From assembly GCF_018977255.1 (NCBI RefSeq), contig NW_024704742.1, forward strand, positions 105,216,001-105,280,000: a stretch of 64,000 bases of DNA, written 5' to 3'. Of the stretch, positions 1-13,925 are shown one piece after another. Made by a program: the position numbers and the translations under genes. The DNA is from Callorhinchus milii (Eukaryota). A model generated the notes under the pieces. The model had not been told where the DNA came from and searched no databases. It worked only from the letters and a program-made list of their open reading frames with translations. Positions within the stretch are counted from its first letter, which is position 1; the number at the start of each line of letters is the position of its first letter.

Positions 1-695
1 TCAGTGTTAGCTACGTAAGCTCAAGCAGAACTCCGCAGTCTCCAAGTCTTCACTCCTGCCAACCTGTGTCAAATACTCCAGAATTAATTAAGCAAGATGT
101 GTTCTGGGGAGAAAGTGCCTACTCCATTCTCGAAATATGAGAAATTTTCATGTGTAGATAGTATGCATATAGATTCATAGAATTATACAGCACAGAAGGA
201 GGCCATTCAGCCCATGTGGCTCTTCAAAAGAGCTGTCCAAATTAATTGCACTCTCACGCTCTCCGTATAACACTGCAAATTTGTCCTCCACAAATATCGA
301 TCTAATTGTCTCTTGAAAACTGTTATCAAATCGGCTTCCACCACCCTTTCAGGCAATGCATTCCAGAATATAACAATTCGCTATGTGGAAAAAAAATTCT
401 CCTTACCTCCCCTCTTGTTCTTTTGGCAACTATTTTAAATCTGTGTCCTCTGGTTACAAACCCACCCGCCAGTGGAAACAGTTTCTCCTTGTTCACCCTA
501 TTGAATCCCCTCATATTTTGATCACCTCTATTAAATCTCCCCTTAATCTTCTGTGCTCCAAGGAGAATAATCCTAGTTTCTTTAGCCTCCTCATAACTGA
601 AGTTCTTCATCCCTGGTACTATTCTGGCAAATCTCCTTTGCAACTTCTCTAAGGCCTTGACATCTTTCCTAAAATGTGGTGCCCAGAACTGAACA

Positions 696-2255
696 ACAAC
701 AACAACAATTTGGATTTATATAGCGACCTCCACACCTCAGAGCGCTTTACAATAACGGATCCCGGGACTGAGCCAGGGGGAAGGGGGGGGAAGGTGACCA
801 AAGGCGTAGTCAAAAAGAAAGGTCTTCAGCAGAGACCTGAAAATGTGAAGGGAAGGAGCGAGGCGAAGGGAGTGAGGAAAGCAGTTCCAGAGCCTCGGGG
901 CAATAGTGGCCGAAGGCACGGTTGCTGAGGGTGGAGCGGAGGACGAGGAGGAGGCCAGACCCAGAGGAACGAAGGCAACGGGTACGGTTTTGAGGAGAGA
1001 GGAGGTCAGAGAGGTAGGGGGTGCAGAGGAGTGCAGGGACTTGATTACAAGGGTGAGGATCTTGAAATTGATCCTCTCTGGGATAGGCAGCCAGTGCAGT
1101 CTGGCAAGGACTGGGGTGATCGGGGAGCGGAGTTTGGTGTGGGTGAGAATGCGGGCGGCAGAGTTTTGAATGATTTGGATTTTATGTATTGTAGTAGATG
1201 GGAAACCGGTGAGGTGGGCGTTGGAGTAGTCCAGCCGAGAGGTGACAAAGGCATGGACCAGGGTTTCAGTGGCTTTTGGGGAGAGGTATTGGCAGAGACG
1301 GGCGATGCATCGGAGGTGGAAGAAGGCGGTGCTGGTGAGGGACCGGATGTGGGGGAGGAAGGATAATCGGGGGTCGAACCTGACGCTTAGGTTGCATAAG
1401 GGTTCGGAGAGTTTTAGATGGAGGTCGGGTAGATGGAGGAGGTGAGAGCCGTGAGATTTTAGACGTTGACGAGAGCCAAAGAGTATGGCTTCCGTCTTGT
1501 CAATGTTCAGCTGAAGGAAGTTTGCACTCATCCAGCCCCTGAGATCTGACAGGCAGGCTGACAGAACATCAGGGGACTGGGGGTCGCAAAGAGAGGTGGA
1601 AAAATAGAGTTGGGTGTCATCTGCATACATGTGGAAATGTACCCCATGTCTACAGATGACATTCCCAAGAGGGAGCACGTAGATCAGAAAGAGGAGGGGG
1701 CCACGGATGGATCCTTGGGGTACCCCACAGGTGACCGGGTGAGAGCGGGAGGAGAAGACATTTGTGCAGATGTACTGCTGGCGGTTTGTGAGGTAGGACT
1801 CGATCCAGGCGAATGCTTTCACACTGAGGTGGATGACGGAGGAAAGGTGGTGGCGGGGGTTGGCGTGATCGACTGTGTCGAACGCGGCGGAGAGGTCCAG
1901 GAGGACAAGAGGCAGAGAGAGCCCTGGTCACAGATAGAGAGAATGACATTTGTGACTTTCAGAAGCGCAGTCTCTGTACTGTGGGCAGTGTGGAAACCGG
2001 ACTGGAGGGGTTCGAAGAGGGAGTGGGAGGAGAGGTGTTGGTTGGCAACGACGCGTTCTAGAACTTTTGAGAGGAAGGACAGATTAGAAATAGGGCGGTA
2101 GTGGCTGGGGTTTGAGGGATCTAGGGAGGGTTTTTTCAGGAGGGGGGTGATGACAGCAGTTTTGAGGATTTCAGGGGCACGAGGGAGTTGAAGGTGGAGG
2201 AAAGGCGATCATGGAGCAGTTGGACGGCTGCTTCAGGATCTCCGCGGGTGGAGGG
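696..2255 (-). mobile_element. L2-clade LINE, 5'-truncated, inserted into CR1
   Basis: 361-aa ORF with GVPQGS, YADDTQLY and HAFVTSRLDYSN reverse transcriptase motifs; (TTG)n tail; TSD TGAACA at 690-695 and 2256-2261. Confidence 0.93.
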
Positions 2256-2870
2256 TGAACACAGTACTCTAGCTGAGACCTATTTGAAAGATTCATCATA
2301 ACCTCCTTACTTTTGTATTCTTTGCCCCTATTTATAAAGTCAAGTATCCCGTATGCTTTCATAACAGCTTTATCTACCTGTCCTGCCACCTTCAAAGATT
2401 TGCTTATGTGGACCCCTGGGTCTCTCTGTTCATTCACCCCCTTTAAGATTGTACCATCAGCTTATGTTGCCTCTCCTCATTCTTCCTCTCAAAATGCATC
2501 ACTTCGCATTTCTCCACATTAACTTTCATCTGCCACGTGTCTGCCCATTTCACCAGTCTGTCTATGTCCTCTTGCAGTCTGCTACTATCCTCCTCACTAT
2601 TTACAACTTTTTCTAGCTTTTATTATCTGCAAACTTGGAAATTGTACTCCCTGTAGCCAAGTCCAGGTCATTTATATAGATTAAAAAGAACAGTGGTCCT
2701 AAAACCGAACCCTGGGGTCACCACTGTATACTTCCCTCCAGTCAGAGAATCAACCGTTCACCACTGCTCTCTGCTTTTTGTCCCCCAGACAGTTTTGTAT
2801 CCATGCTGCCACTGTCCCTTTAACATCGTGGGCTTCAATTTTGTAACAAATCTATTATCTGCCCTTTATC

Positions 2871-3452
2871 GACTCCGCCACTACCTCACCCCTCAGGCCA
2901 CTGAAACTCTTGTTCATGCCTTTATCACTTTCAGGCTCGACTATGCAAATGCCCTGCTTGTCAGCCTTCCCAACTCCTTCCTCCACAGATAATCCAGACC
3001 TCTGCAGCCCGTGTCCTCTCCCGTATCAAACTCCGTGACCCCATCTCCACCACTCTCGCCCGACTCCATTGGCTCCCTATCCTTCAGAGGATCCAGTTCA
3101 AGATCCAGGTCCTCACCTACAAAGCCCTCCATGGCCTCGCCCCACCCTACCTCTGCGATCTCCTAACCCCCGACCCACCCGCCCCACCATTGGCAAGAGA
3201 GCCTTCAACCATTCTGCCCCCAATCTCTGGAATTCCATCCCCCACTCCGCCTCACCCCCTCCTCAGCCTCCTTGAAGTCCCGCCTTCAAAACCCTCCTCT
3301 TCAACCCTGCCATTGGTCACCCCCCTATCCCTCCCCTCCCTTCTCCCCCCCAACCCCAGCTCGGGTCTGAAATGTTGTACACTGTCTAGTGCCTTGGGAT
3401 GTCTTCCCGACATGAAAGGCGCTATACAAATGTAATCTTGTTGTTGTTGTTG
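2871..3452 (+). mobile_element. L2 LINE 3' fragment inserted into CR1
   Basis: ETLVHAFITFRLDYANALL motif; 3' stem-loop plus (TTG)n tail; TSD TTTATC at 2865-2870 and 3453-3458. Confidence 0.9.
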
Positions 3453-4869
3453 TTTATCATAAGCCTTATAAAAATCCATATACTACATCAACTGCACTAC
3501 CTTCATCCACCCTCTCCGTTACTTCAACAAAAAACTCTCAGGTTTGTTAGACGTGATTTGCCTTTAACAAATCCGTGTTGGCTGTCCTTTATTAACCCAT
3601 ATTCTTCTGAGTGAAAAATTATTTTGTCCCAGATTATTGTCTCTAGAAGTTTCTCCACTACTGAGGTTAGGCTGACTGGCCTGTAGTTCCCAGGTTTATC
3701 CTTTTCCCCCTTTTTTTGTACATGGGAGTAACATTTGCAACCCTCTAGTCCTCTGGCACCAAGGAGTTCAAGGAAGATTGAAAGATTGTGGCCAGAACCT
3801 CCGCTATTTCCACCCTTAGTTCCCTCAGTAACCCAGGATGCATCCCGTCCGGAACAGGTGACTTATCTACCATTTTAGTACCTCCTCAATGTTTGTTTTT
3901 TATATAAATATATATGGAACTATTCTTCTGGTCTCTATATTCTTAAGGGTTTTGCATGTGTCGGATACCATGCTGACCAAAAAAATAGTTACTACTTTGT
4001 TTAAGGAATGGTAGTTCAGCTGTCACAACACTATTTAGTCAAACTCACTTTCAGAATTTGGCAGGCAGCTGTCATCTCAATCACCAGGACTGTGGAAGCA
4101 CAAATTTGTGGCCATTGTTAACTTTTATCTGCACATTGAACTGGCGAGATTATGGGCAGGACCAAAATAGTAAGGAAGATAAATTCTAAAGCAAATTACA
4201 TTTCTATCCTTCCACTTAAGTCATTGCAGCAAACACTGTGTGAAACTGTCAGATAGGATATGCAGATATATTTATAAGAATGTTATTATTCATTCTGTGG
4301 ATTTCTTTTATCCTCTATCTGTATTTATATTCAGGGTTAACTGTTTTCAGTTGATCACTGACTTGATAACAATTCTGCCTGTTTTGCTATAATTATGTAA
4401 GGTGAGCTGCCAAAAAAGTGGGTGTAATTACGAAACTGCAAGCAGCTAATATATGAAGAACAGTCTAGTTGCACAGTGACACATGGGCTTTACGCAGTAT
4501 GTATTTCATCAGTTTCACCTAATTTGTACAGTAGGCTGGCCCAAGTCCTGTTAAGTTTAAAAGATTCACTGAAAGAGAGTTGTTGGAAGGCAGACAAGGG
4601 TCGTAAATACAGTGAGGGTGTGGTTTGTAGTTTATTCATGAGGGAGCTGTAAGAGGTTACATCAGAGAGGGATACAATGATATCACCACACAGCTAATCA
4701 TTTATACTCTTGCACATTTTAAGCGCTTTGAGATGTCTAGAAGACGTGTAAAGTGCTATATCAAATGCAAGGATTATTATTATTTTTGCCTGGTTGTATT
4801 TTTGAATTTATCTTGTGATTCATAAATTCTTTTATCCAGACCTTAGCAGAATGTTAAAGTACTGTATAC

Positions 4870-5125
4870 TAATAATAATTCTTGCATTTGATATCGAGTT
4901 TTTTCATGTCTTCTGGACGTCTCAAAACTTTTCACAGAATATACTGTAAAGTGAATTGATTGTATATTTGTGGGCGAAACGGGGCAGCCAATTGCACACA
5001 GTCGTGGATTGAGTGACCCAATTTTTTTTTCTTGAGGGATTATTTCACCCTGCTGGGAATCGAACCCAGGCCTCTTGCTTGCGAGGCGAGTGCTCTAACC
5101 ATTCTTACCACTAAGCTACAGGATT
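4870..5125 (-). mobile_element. tRNA-derived SINE, internally deleted
   Basis: Reverse complement of the tRNA-like head at ~5045-5125 and the (TTA)n tail at ~4870. Confidence 0.8.
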
Positions 5126-5564
5126 CCAAACAAAAAATCCTCTTTGTTCCTATTCTGTTATTTTTTCAGCCCGGTCCCAGACCTGAATCTAAAGCTGTTT
5201 CAGCCAAAATGTATGATTGGAAGCTATTAGAGCAAACTCGCATTAGTGCAAAAAGCAAGGTTGTTCATACAACTGTCTTAGAGCTCAGAATATGGAGTGA
5301 AGAGTTGGTTGATAGCTTAACAAGTATCTGAGATGATTATTTAGGTTCCAGTTAAAAAAGCTTTTCTGATACAATGAAAATTTATCTGATTTTGAAGTGT
5401 TACAGTACACAATGACGTACAGTCATTGTGTCAGTATAATGATTGTTGTGGGGAAGGATCTACTCACAACTTTCTACATAGTTTAGCAACGGATTGGGAT
5501 GTTCCTGCTATGTGGTGGCTATGCTTGTGGAGAGCATTCTGTCTGAAGGAGCCTGGAATTCCCA

Positions 5565-5750
5565 ACCATATTGCTTTGTTGGAGGTGTCATCCTTCAGAT
5601 GAGATGTTAAACCGAGATACTGTCTGCCTGTTTAGGTGATCATCAATGATATTCTATTCGAGAAGAGAGTTTCTTCTGGTATCCTGGCAACAATCCCCCA
5701 AATAAAATTGGTCATTTAGCTCATAACTGTTTGTGGGACATTTACTTTGT
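5565..5750 (+). mobile_element. Old DeuSINE (SacSINE1-like) fragment
   Basis: Deu-domain-like GATGAGATGTTAAACCGAG...CTGTTTGTGGGAC. Confidence 0.7.
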
Positions 5751-6699
5751 GCGTGTGCTTGTGTGTGTTTGTGTGCATGCTCACCCTCTCCAGTTGAATG
5801 GCCTAAGAACACTCACTGCCAAGGATCACACATGAACATTGCCACCTGAAAACTTGAGGGCAACCAACTCCTGTTCAACTATATTCCACCCTGTGAAGTC
5901 TTGGGACCAGAAACAGAGGGAAAACCCCTCCAAAAAAAAGTAAAATTAGAACTATAATTTGACACACTACAATCATAATAATGAACTCCAGCAAGTAAAA
6001 TGTACAAAACTAATTTTTATTCGCCGAAGTTCAAGGTCAAAAGAAAGTACAGTACTTCCTAATATTAGATCTAAATGAGAGAACTCCCCAATTCACAGCC
6101 AACTTAATTTGGGCCTTCATTATCATGAGATATATTAAAAAAAGTATTTCTAAAACGCTTGCCAGAAATTTCACATCTTATTTCCCCCTTGCATTATATA
6201 TACATTGGACAAAGAAGATGGGCTTGTGGTATTATCACGGTCACCCCTTTGATTTCCATGCCTGTCTGTTTTTTAAAATATTACTTGTGAAGTTTATGTG
6301 TTCACTAAAAGCACGAGCCAGTGTCAGTGCGGTTAGTAATTACTGATTGCGCTCGGGGAAACTCGGAAAGTGACGAAATTCAGTAGAACTGACGCATACG
6401 CGCTATAAATATATTGAGTAACCCTTTCAATATTTGTTTATGTATTTAACATTGTTTTTGATACTCATGTTGCCATCAGGTCTCCAAAGGTATCGATTGC
6501 AACAATTTGTTGGGGTAATTTACCATTCTAATCTGCAAATTAAGGATTGGCAGTGTACTTGTCCCATGTTGGATAACTGATTGGAGGATCTGATTGGACC
6601 ATAAAAAAGGTACCAATTACATCAAGTAATTTGTGCAATACAATTACCATTGGGTATCCTAATTTGGAGAGGGGCTCAATGCCCATAAACGAACGAACG

Positions 6700-7860
6700 A
6701 GTCTTGTTGACGTTCAAATGAAAAAAACTAGCTTTCATTCAGGACTTGATGCCTGACAGACATTCTGTCAGCACAGCAGTGGTCCTGGAGTCAAGGCTGG
6801 AGGCAGAGAGGTACAGTTCGGTGCCATCCGCATACATGTGGAAGTTGACCCCATGTTTGCGGATGATGTCACCAAGAGGGAGCATATAGATAGTGAAGAG
6901 GAGGGGACCAAAGACAGAGCCCTGAGGAACGCCACACAAGACAGTGAGGGGCTAGAGGGGAAACAATTTGTGAAGATGAAGTCGAGGCGGTATGAGAGGT
7001 ACGATCTGAACCAGTCAAGGACTGAGCCGTGAAGGTTGAGGTGAGAGGAGAGGCTGTGGATGAGATAAAGCGGTCAACGGTGTCGAAGGTAGCATAGAGG
7101 CCAAGGAGGCAGAGGGAGCCCTGTTCACAGATGGACAGAATGTCATCTGTCACTTTGCTGTGGGTGGCATGGAAACCCGATTGGAGGGGTTCGTGAAGGG
7201 AGTGGTGGGAGAGGAAGGAGCGAAGCTGAGAAGCAACAACTTGTTCTAGGACCTTGAAGAGGAAAGGGAGGTTGGAGATGGGGCGGTAATTTGAGAGTAG
7301 AGATGGATCCAGAGAGAGTTTTTTAAGGATAGGAGTGATGATGACTGTTTTTAATGGGGTGGGAACAGTGCCAGTGGACAGGGAGAGGTTTATGATGTTT
7401 GTGAGTAAGGAGAAGGATAGGGATGGAGTCGAGGGAGCAGGTGGTCGTTTCATGCAGGTTATAGTGATGGTGAGAGAGGAGTGGGAGACAGGTTTGAAGG
7501 TGTGGAGGGAGAGACGGGTAGGGACCGGGGTGGGAGGGGGAGATGGGGAGGGTGTAGCAGATGGAATGGCTGAGGCAGCTGAGCGGATCCCCTCGACTTT
7601 GGATTCAAGGAATTCCAGCATTGCCTCGCAGTAGGCATTTGAGGCGAGGATGGGAGAGGTGTGAGACAGTGGGCCGAGGAACTTGGGGTTGTCCTTGGCC
7701 TCCAAGATTGTCATGGAATAGAATGATGATTTAGCGGAGGCGAGGGAGTAGTGGTAAGATTGATAAGATTTCATTAAGTTCGATTTAAACCAGGGGTTGT
7801 CGGAAATGGAGGTGGGTTGGGTGGCTGTGAGGAGAGGGATTGAGGAGTTAAGGGAGGTGA
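6700..7860 (-). mobile_element. L2 LINE internal ORF2 fragment
   Basis: NYRPISNLPFLFKVLE, GVPQGSVFGPLLF and YADG motifs, with frameshifts. Confidence 0.88.
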
Positions 7861-7864
7861 AGTG

Positions 7865-8195
7865 ATGGCGAATTTACACACAGCGGTGTCCCACATACAG
7901 CTATAAAGCGAATGATAAATTTTATTGGAGGACTGTTGGCCAGGAAACCAGGAGAAACTCCCTTCTCTTTTCAAATAGGAATCTTTAATAACCACCTGAA
8001 CAGTCAGATTGGTTTGACATTTGATCTGAAGGATGGCACCTCCAATAATGTGGCACACCTGCAACACTGCACTGGATTGTCAGCATAAAACTATATGAAT
8101 TCCAAGTTTTGATGTGGGGCTTGAACTTACAACATTCTGACTCGGAGGCAAGATTGCTGCCAACTGAGCCACACTGACACACAGTTGGCAGCAAC
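7865..8195 (-). mobile_element. Old DeuSINE (SacSINE1-like)
   Basis: Reverse complement shows a tRNA-like head (GTGGCTCAGTTGG...GTTCAAGCCCC) followed by the Deu domain. Confidence 0.75.
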
Positions 8196-8211
8196 TATTT
8201 GACTAAAATGT

Positions 8212-9090
8212 ACAACAACATCAAGATTACATTTGTGTAGCGTCTTTAACGTTGGGAGGATGTCCCAAGGCGCTCGACAGTGTTCAGCATTTCAGACCTG
8301 AGCTGGGATCGGGGGGGGGGGGGGCGAGAAGGGAAGGGAGGGGAAGGGGGTGGCCGATGTCGTGGTTGAAGCGGAGGGTCTTGAGGCGGGACTTGGAGGA
8401 GGCTAAGGAGGGGGTGAGGCAGAGTGATTAGGGGATGGAATTCCATAGGTTGGGTGCAGAGGGCTGAAGGCTCTCCCGCCAATGGTGGGGCGGGTGGGTT
8501 GGGGGACGTGGAGCAGCCGGAGCCGGCTGAGTGGAGGGAACGGGCGGGTTGGTAGGGAGTTAGGTGGTCGCAGAGGTAGAGTGGGGCGAGGCCATGGAGG
8601 GCTTTGTAGGTGAGGACCAGGAGTTTAAACTGGATCCTCTGAAGGATAGGGAGCCAATGGAGTTGGGAGTGATGGAGTCACGGAGTTTGGTGCGGGAGAG
8701 GACACGAGCTGCAGAGTTCTGGATTATCTGCAGCCTATGGAGGGAGGAGTTGGGAAGGCCGACAAGCAGGGAGTTTGCATAGTCGAGTCTGGAGGTAATG
8801 AAGGCATGAACAAGAGTTTCAGCGGCCTGAGGGGTGAGGTAGTGGCGGAGTCGGGCGATGTTATGGAGGTGAAGGCAGAGCGGGTCATGGCTTGGACGTG
8901 GGGAAGAAAAGACAGTTGAGGGTCAAACAAGACACCGAGGTTCCTGACTGGCTGGTGAGTTATGGTGAGCAACCATGGAGGTTGATGTTGCCAGAGCCTG
9001 AGGTGCTGAGGTGCTGGTGGGAGCCAATCAGGAGGGCCTCAGTCTTGTTCATATTCAACTGTAGGAAATTTTCCCTCATCCAGGACTTGC
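8212..9090 (-). mobile_element. L2 LINE 3' fragment
   Basis: QPVRNLGVLFDPQLSFLPH motif and L2 tail. Confidence 0.88.
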
Positions 9091-9794
9091 AATCATGCAG
9101 AACTGTGGAAAATTCTTAAATTGAATTTTAACTGAAAACTAACTTCCACATTAAGACTTGATCATCCAGAACTTAACAGAAAATAGTCTTACAGGATAAA
9201 ACTAGGTGGAATTCTGGGCTGTTAGCATGAGTTTAGATATTAGATAATATCAATTTTACCTGGATGTACTTGTTCTACCAAATAACAACCACCATATTTT
9301 ACTGTATCTGGCAGTGGACATCTGCAATCCACCAAATCTCGGGATGGAGCAATTCTACCTGTGTTTAGGTTTACTCTATTTTCTTAGCTTTTTAAAACAA
9401 CTTCCATTTTTGAAGCTGGCTTCAAAATGTCAGTAGCGTTCCTATGCACAGCTCACAGGAAATGACGGTAGTGATGCTTCCGGCACATCGTAAGTTTGTA
9501 TACAGCACATAGGAAGTATTGGCAGAGGTGACCTTGTGACCTGGAAGTCAGCCATTTTTTGTATGTGCTTATTAACATGGTTGGTGAGACATTGGATCCA
9601 GCTGACTGTACTATAGCAAAGTTTCCCTATATTTAAGAACTTGCCCAAATCCTGGGCACTTCAAAATGATACAAATATAGAGTAAATCCAAACCTCGGTG
9701 GAATAGAGGGGTATAAGTGAGGGGAAAATGACGGGTGGGGCTTGTGTGAAATTTTAACATTGGCTAGTCTGGTTGTACCAAATGACCCCTTTCT

Positions 9795-10370
9795 GTGCCG
9801 TATTACAATGATCTGGATGAGGATCTTTGACCCATTCGATCTCATCCCACCAGAACACCCACCCAACCATCCTCCGTTCATTACATCTAACTGCTTTTTA
9901 AATGAGTCCAGTGTCCTGCCCTCTACCACCTTTCCTGGCAACCTGTTCCAGTCAATAATTACCATCTTCATAAAGATAAATTTCCTGATATCTGTCCTGA
10001 AATTACCTTTCACAGCTCTAAACCTCTGTCCTTTGCTCTAATCTTCTGATACATCCTGAAGTATTGATCTGGTTTTACTTTTTCAATCCTATTTAAAATT
10101 CTATACACTCTATGAGGTCCTCTCTGTGTCATTTTATTTCAGAACTCAACAACCATCTTCGTTGTTCTCCTCTGAACTGCCTCTATGGCCTGGAAAGCCC
10201 CTTATGTCATGTTGATCCGAACTGTATGCAGTATTCTAGGTGTGGTCTGAACAGAATACTATACAGCCTGAGTATGTCATCTGGGGATCCATATTCAACC
10301 GATTCAACAGCATCCTGTTTGCCTTGTTTATTGCTGCCTCACACTTGGGTTACCAACTCTGGTTGAAAGT
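9795..10370 (-). mobile_element. Old CR1 LINE 3' fragment
   Basis: KGNFRTDIRKFIF...WNRLPGKVVEGRTLDSFKKQLD, the CR1 C-terminal motif. Confidence 0.8.
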
Positions 10371-10579
10371 ATTCCAGGAGGAATGGTTGCTGTTGTAAAA
10401 TGAGTCGGCACTGACTTTAAGGTAGCGTTGTAAAGTATCATAAAGTCCCTATGATGTCCCTATATCCCAAGGATTCCCTATGATCGTTCTCCCAGATTAC
10501 TGACAGCAGTGTATGGAGATTAATCTTTAATTCCTGGCGACTCCAGGACACTCCTCACACTGTTTTGACATAATGAGCG

Positions 10580-11490
10580 ATACAATACAAAATTACATTT
10601 GTAAAGCGCCTTTCACGTCGGGAGGATGTCCCAAGGCGCTGGGATTAGGACCCAAGCGGGGGGGTGGGGGTTGGGATAATGGAGGGTGTGAGGGTGGGGC
10701 TAGGAGGGTGGCCGAAGGCATGGCCGAAGAGGTCTTGAGGCCCACCTTAAAGGAAACACGGGAGGGAGAGAGACGAAGGGAATGTGGGATGTGGTTCCAG
10801 AGGGAGGGGGCAGAGAGGCTGAAGGCCCAATTGCCAATGGTGGGGTGGGCCGGGTGGGGGACATGGAGCAGGCCTGAGCCTGCTGAGCGGAGGGAGCAGT
10901 CAGGTTGATAAGGGGTTAGCAGGTTGGAGAGGTAGGAGGGGGCAAGTCCATGGAAGGCCTTGAAGGTGAGGACGAGAATTTTGAACTCGATCCTCTGAGG
11001 GATGGGGAGCCAGTGGAGTCGGGCAAGGGTGACGGGGTCATGGAGCCTGGTGTGGGAGAGGACACGAGCTGCAGAGTTATGGATGATCTACAGCTTGTGG
11101 ACGGAAGAGTTGGGAAGGCCGACAAGCGGGGTGTTGGCATAGTTGAGCCTAGATGCAATGGAGGCATGTATGAAGGTTTTGGTGGCCAGAGGGGTGAGGC
11201 AATGGCAGAGTCGGGCAATGGGATGGGGGAAGGCAGAGCGGGTTATGGCACGGATGTGGGGGATAAAAGACAGTTGAGGGTCGAACAAGATGCAAGTTCC
11301 TGACTGGCTTGATGAGGTGGAGTGTGCATCTGTGAATGCAGATACTGTAAATGCCTGAGGTGTGGAGGTGCTGACATGAGCCAATCAGGAGGGCCTGGGT
11401 CTTGCTGTAGAAATTTGGCTCTCATCCAGCACTTGATGCCTGACAGGCTACCAGTCATCCTGGGGTTGAGGGTGTAGGCAGAGAGATAAC
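10580..11490 (-). mobile_element. L2 LINE 3' fragment
   Basis: FDPQLSFIPHIRAITRSAF motif and tail stem-loop. Confidence 0.87.
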
Positions 11491-12254
11491 TGACATTCCT
11501 ACATGTCTTTCAGCCTCCCCATTGGCAAGTTTAATCCCATCCATGGAGCCACTTGACGTAACTCTGTATAATTTCTCCCCCTTGATCTGTATAAAATGCC
11601 AGCATATCTTTTCAATCACCCAGCTGCAAACATTGTCTACCAGTTGACTTTGCACCTATAAATTGTGTTGAGTTTTCAGAGAAAGTCGAAAAGCAAATGG
11701 TTAATAGTAGCTCTAAAGTGTCCACATCTGGTAAGCATTTTAACCAGCAAAAATCGTGACATCATTGGGTGACAAGTCTACTAACAACTCTTCAAATTTT
11801 ATAGCCCTAAACACTCACAAAAAAGTTAGTACCTCAGGAGTCAAAAATTCCACTGGACAGAGTGGAAACTTCTGTTCAGTCCAGAACAGTAGAAAATTAT
11901 CTTCAAACTTTATTAGGACAAGAAGTTTTGTTTTAGTGCTGTTTTTACTTGACTCTTCCCACTGAGTAGAACTATAATCAACTTATTTCTGCACTGAAAA
12001 AATTCGATTTAATTTTAACCACTTGATGAAGCTGTGAAATACAATGATGTTTCTGTACAGCACCACCTAGTGCCTGGGATTGGGTATATAACATGTAGAC
12101 TTGCCAATGTACAGTAGCACAGTATAATGAGGTAATGATAATAATCCTTGCATTTGATATAGTACTTTTCACATCTTCTAGACGTCTCAAAGCGTTTCAC
12201 CGAATATACTTTAAAGTGTATATTTTTGGGTGACCAAATTATTATTGTAGAAAT

Positions 12255-13092
12255 TTCAGGTGGGTCTGATTGGCTTGCGCCAGCACCTCGGGCGCTGGCA
12301 GCATCAGCATCCACAACTGCACGCTCAACCTCACTAAGCCAGTCAGGAACCTGGGTGACTTGTTTGACCCTGAACTGTCCTTTCTCCCCCACATCCGCGC
12401 CATGACCGGCACTGCCTACCACCACCTCCGCAACATTGCCAGACTCCGCCACTGCCTCACCCCTCAGGCTGCCAAAACCCTTATCCATGCATTCGTCACA
12501 TCAAGGCTCAATTACGGAAAGTGCATCCTCTTTAACCTTCCCAACTCTTCCCTTCACAAGCTGCAGATCATCCAAAACTCTGCAGCTCATGTACTCTCAC
12601 GCACCAGGCTCCGCGACCCTATCACTCCCACCCTCGCCCGACTCCACTGGCTCCCCATCCCCCAGAGGATCGAGTTCAATATCCTCGTCCTCACTTTCAA
12701 GGCCATCCATGGCCTTGCCCCCTCCTACCTCTCTGACCTGTTGACTCCCTACCAACCTGCCCGCTCCCTCCGTTCAGCGGACTCCGGTCTGCTCCATGTC
12801 TCCCGCCCGAACCGCCCTACCATCAGTGGCCGGGCTTTCAGCCTCTCTGCCTCCACACTCTGGAACTCCATCCCATGGTCCCTTCCCCTCGCTTCCTCCT
12901 TTGCCTCCTTCAAGGCCGGTCTCAAGACCCTTCTCTTCGATCGTGCCTTTGGTCTCCCTCCCACCTCTCTGCCTTCCCTCACCCCTACACCACCCCTCCC
13001 CCATGCTCGGGCCCCGACAACTGACTGCTCAGCGCTTTGAGACATCCTCCTGACATGAAAGGCACTCCATAAACGTAATTTTGTTGTTGTTC
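12255..13092 (+). mobile_element. L2 LINE 3' fragment
   Basis: 256-aa ORF with VRNLGDLFDPELSF, HAFVTSRLNY and LHWLPIPQRIEF; (TTG)n tail. Confidence 0.9.
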
Positions 13093-13224
13093 TTGTCTAT
13101 TCTGTTAATGTAGCATTTCAGAGTGTGTAACATGTAACAAATTGTTGAATTAAGTTTTAACGTTGAACCCCTTTCTATAGTTTCTTAAAAAATTGTTAGT
13201 TTACTCATCCCTCACAATGTCAGA

Positions 13225-13925
13225 ACAATGTTAAACCAATAAAGGCAAACAGGATTCTGGGCTATATTATTAAATTAGTTGAGTCACATTCCCAAACATC
13301 ATAGTAGCTACACAGTGCTCTGGTCAGGTCACACCTAGAGTACTGCTGGCAGATTTGGTCATCATGACATAAGGGGATGCCCTAGAGAAAGTGAGGAGGA
13401 GAGCGATGAGAATGATCTCCAGTTAAAGGAATTAGCTATGATGAGGAACAATTAAACAAGCTTGGGCCCTTCAGTTTTGAAAGGAGCTATCTCAGACAGA
13501 ACATCATAGAGATATGTAAAAATTGAAATAGGATTGAAAAATACAATACACTGCAAATTTACATGTATATAGCGTCTTTCATGCCAGGAGGATATCCCAA
13601 GGTGCTGGACGGTCTAAGATTTGCAATAAGCTGAGTGTGGGGGCAGAGGAGGTGGGTGTATCAATATTTTAGCATATATCAAGATCATAGAACAAAAGAA
13701 CGTATGTTTAGAGTTGGAGAGAGCAATTTAGGGCAAATAACAGGAAGTTTTTTTTTACTCAGAGGGTAATTAATGACTGGAACAGGTTGTCAGGACGGAT
13801 GGTCGAGGCCAGGGAATTGGACTCTTTTGATGTTGTGATGGGAGGATAGTAGGGTGGGTATTCTGGAAGGGTAAGATCAGATGGGTCAGAGGGCCTTCAT
13901 CTAAATCAATCTTGTGATCTTGTGA
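13225..13925 (+). mobile_element. Old CR1 LINE 3' fragment containing a small L2-tail insertion (~13545-13650)
   Basis: CTGGTCAGGTCACACCTAGAGTACTG (LVRxHLEYC motif); similar to the copies at 9795 and 31215. Confidence 0.75.

Larger units (their letters stand above)
170..3890 (-). mobile_element. CR1-clade LINE (3' part), split by two L2 insertions
   Basis: ORF pieces MQRRFARIVPGMKNFSYEE and QRDPGVHISKSLKVAGQVDKAVMKAYGILDFINRG are typical of the CR1 ORF2 C-terminus. CR1-type 3' end at ~170-215. Confidence 0.88.

Noticed and set aside
6700..9090. Apparent circular permutation of one L2 (5' part lying left of its 3' part)
   Set aside because: The two pieces overlap by ~50 bp of diverged sequence (6701-6750 vs 9042-9089), which fits two independent copies better.
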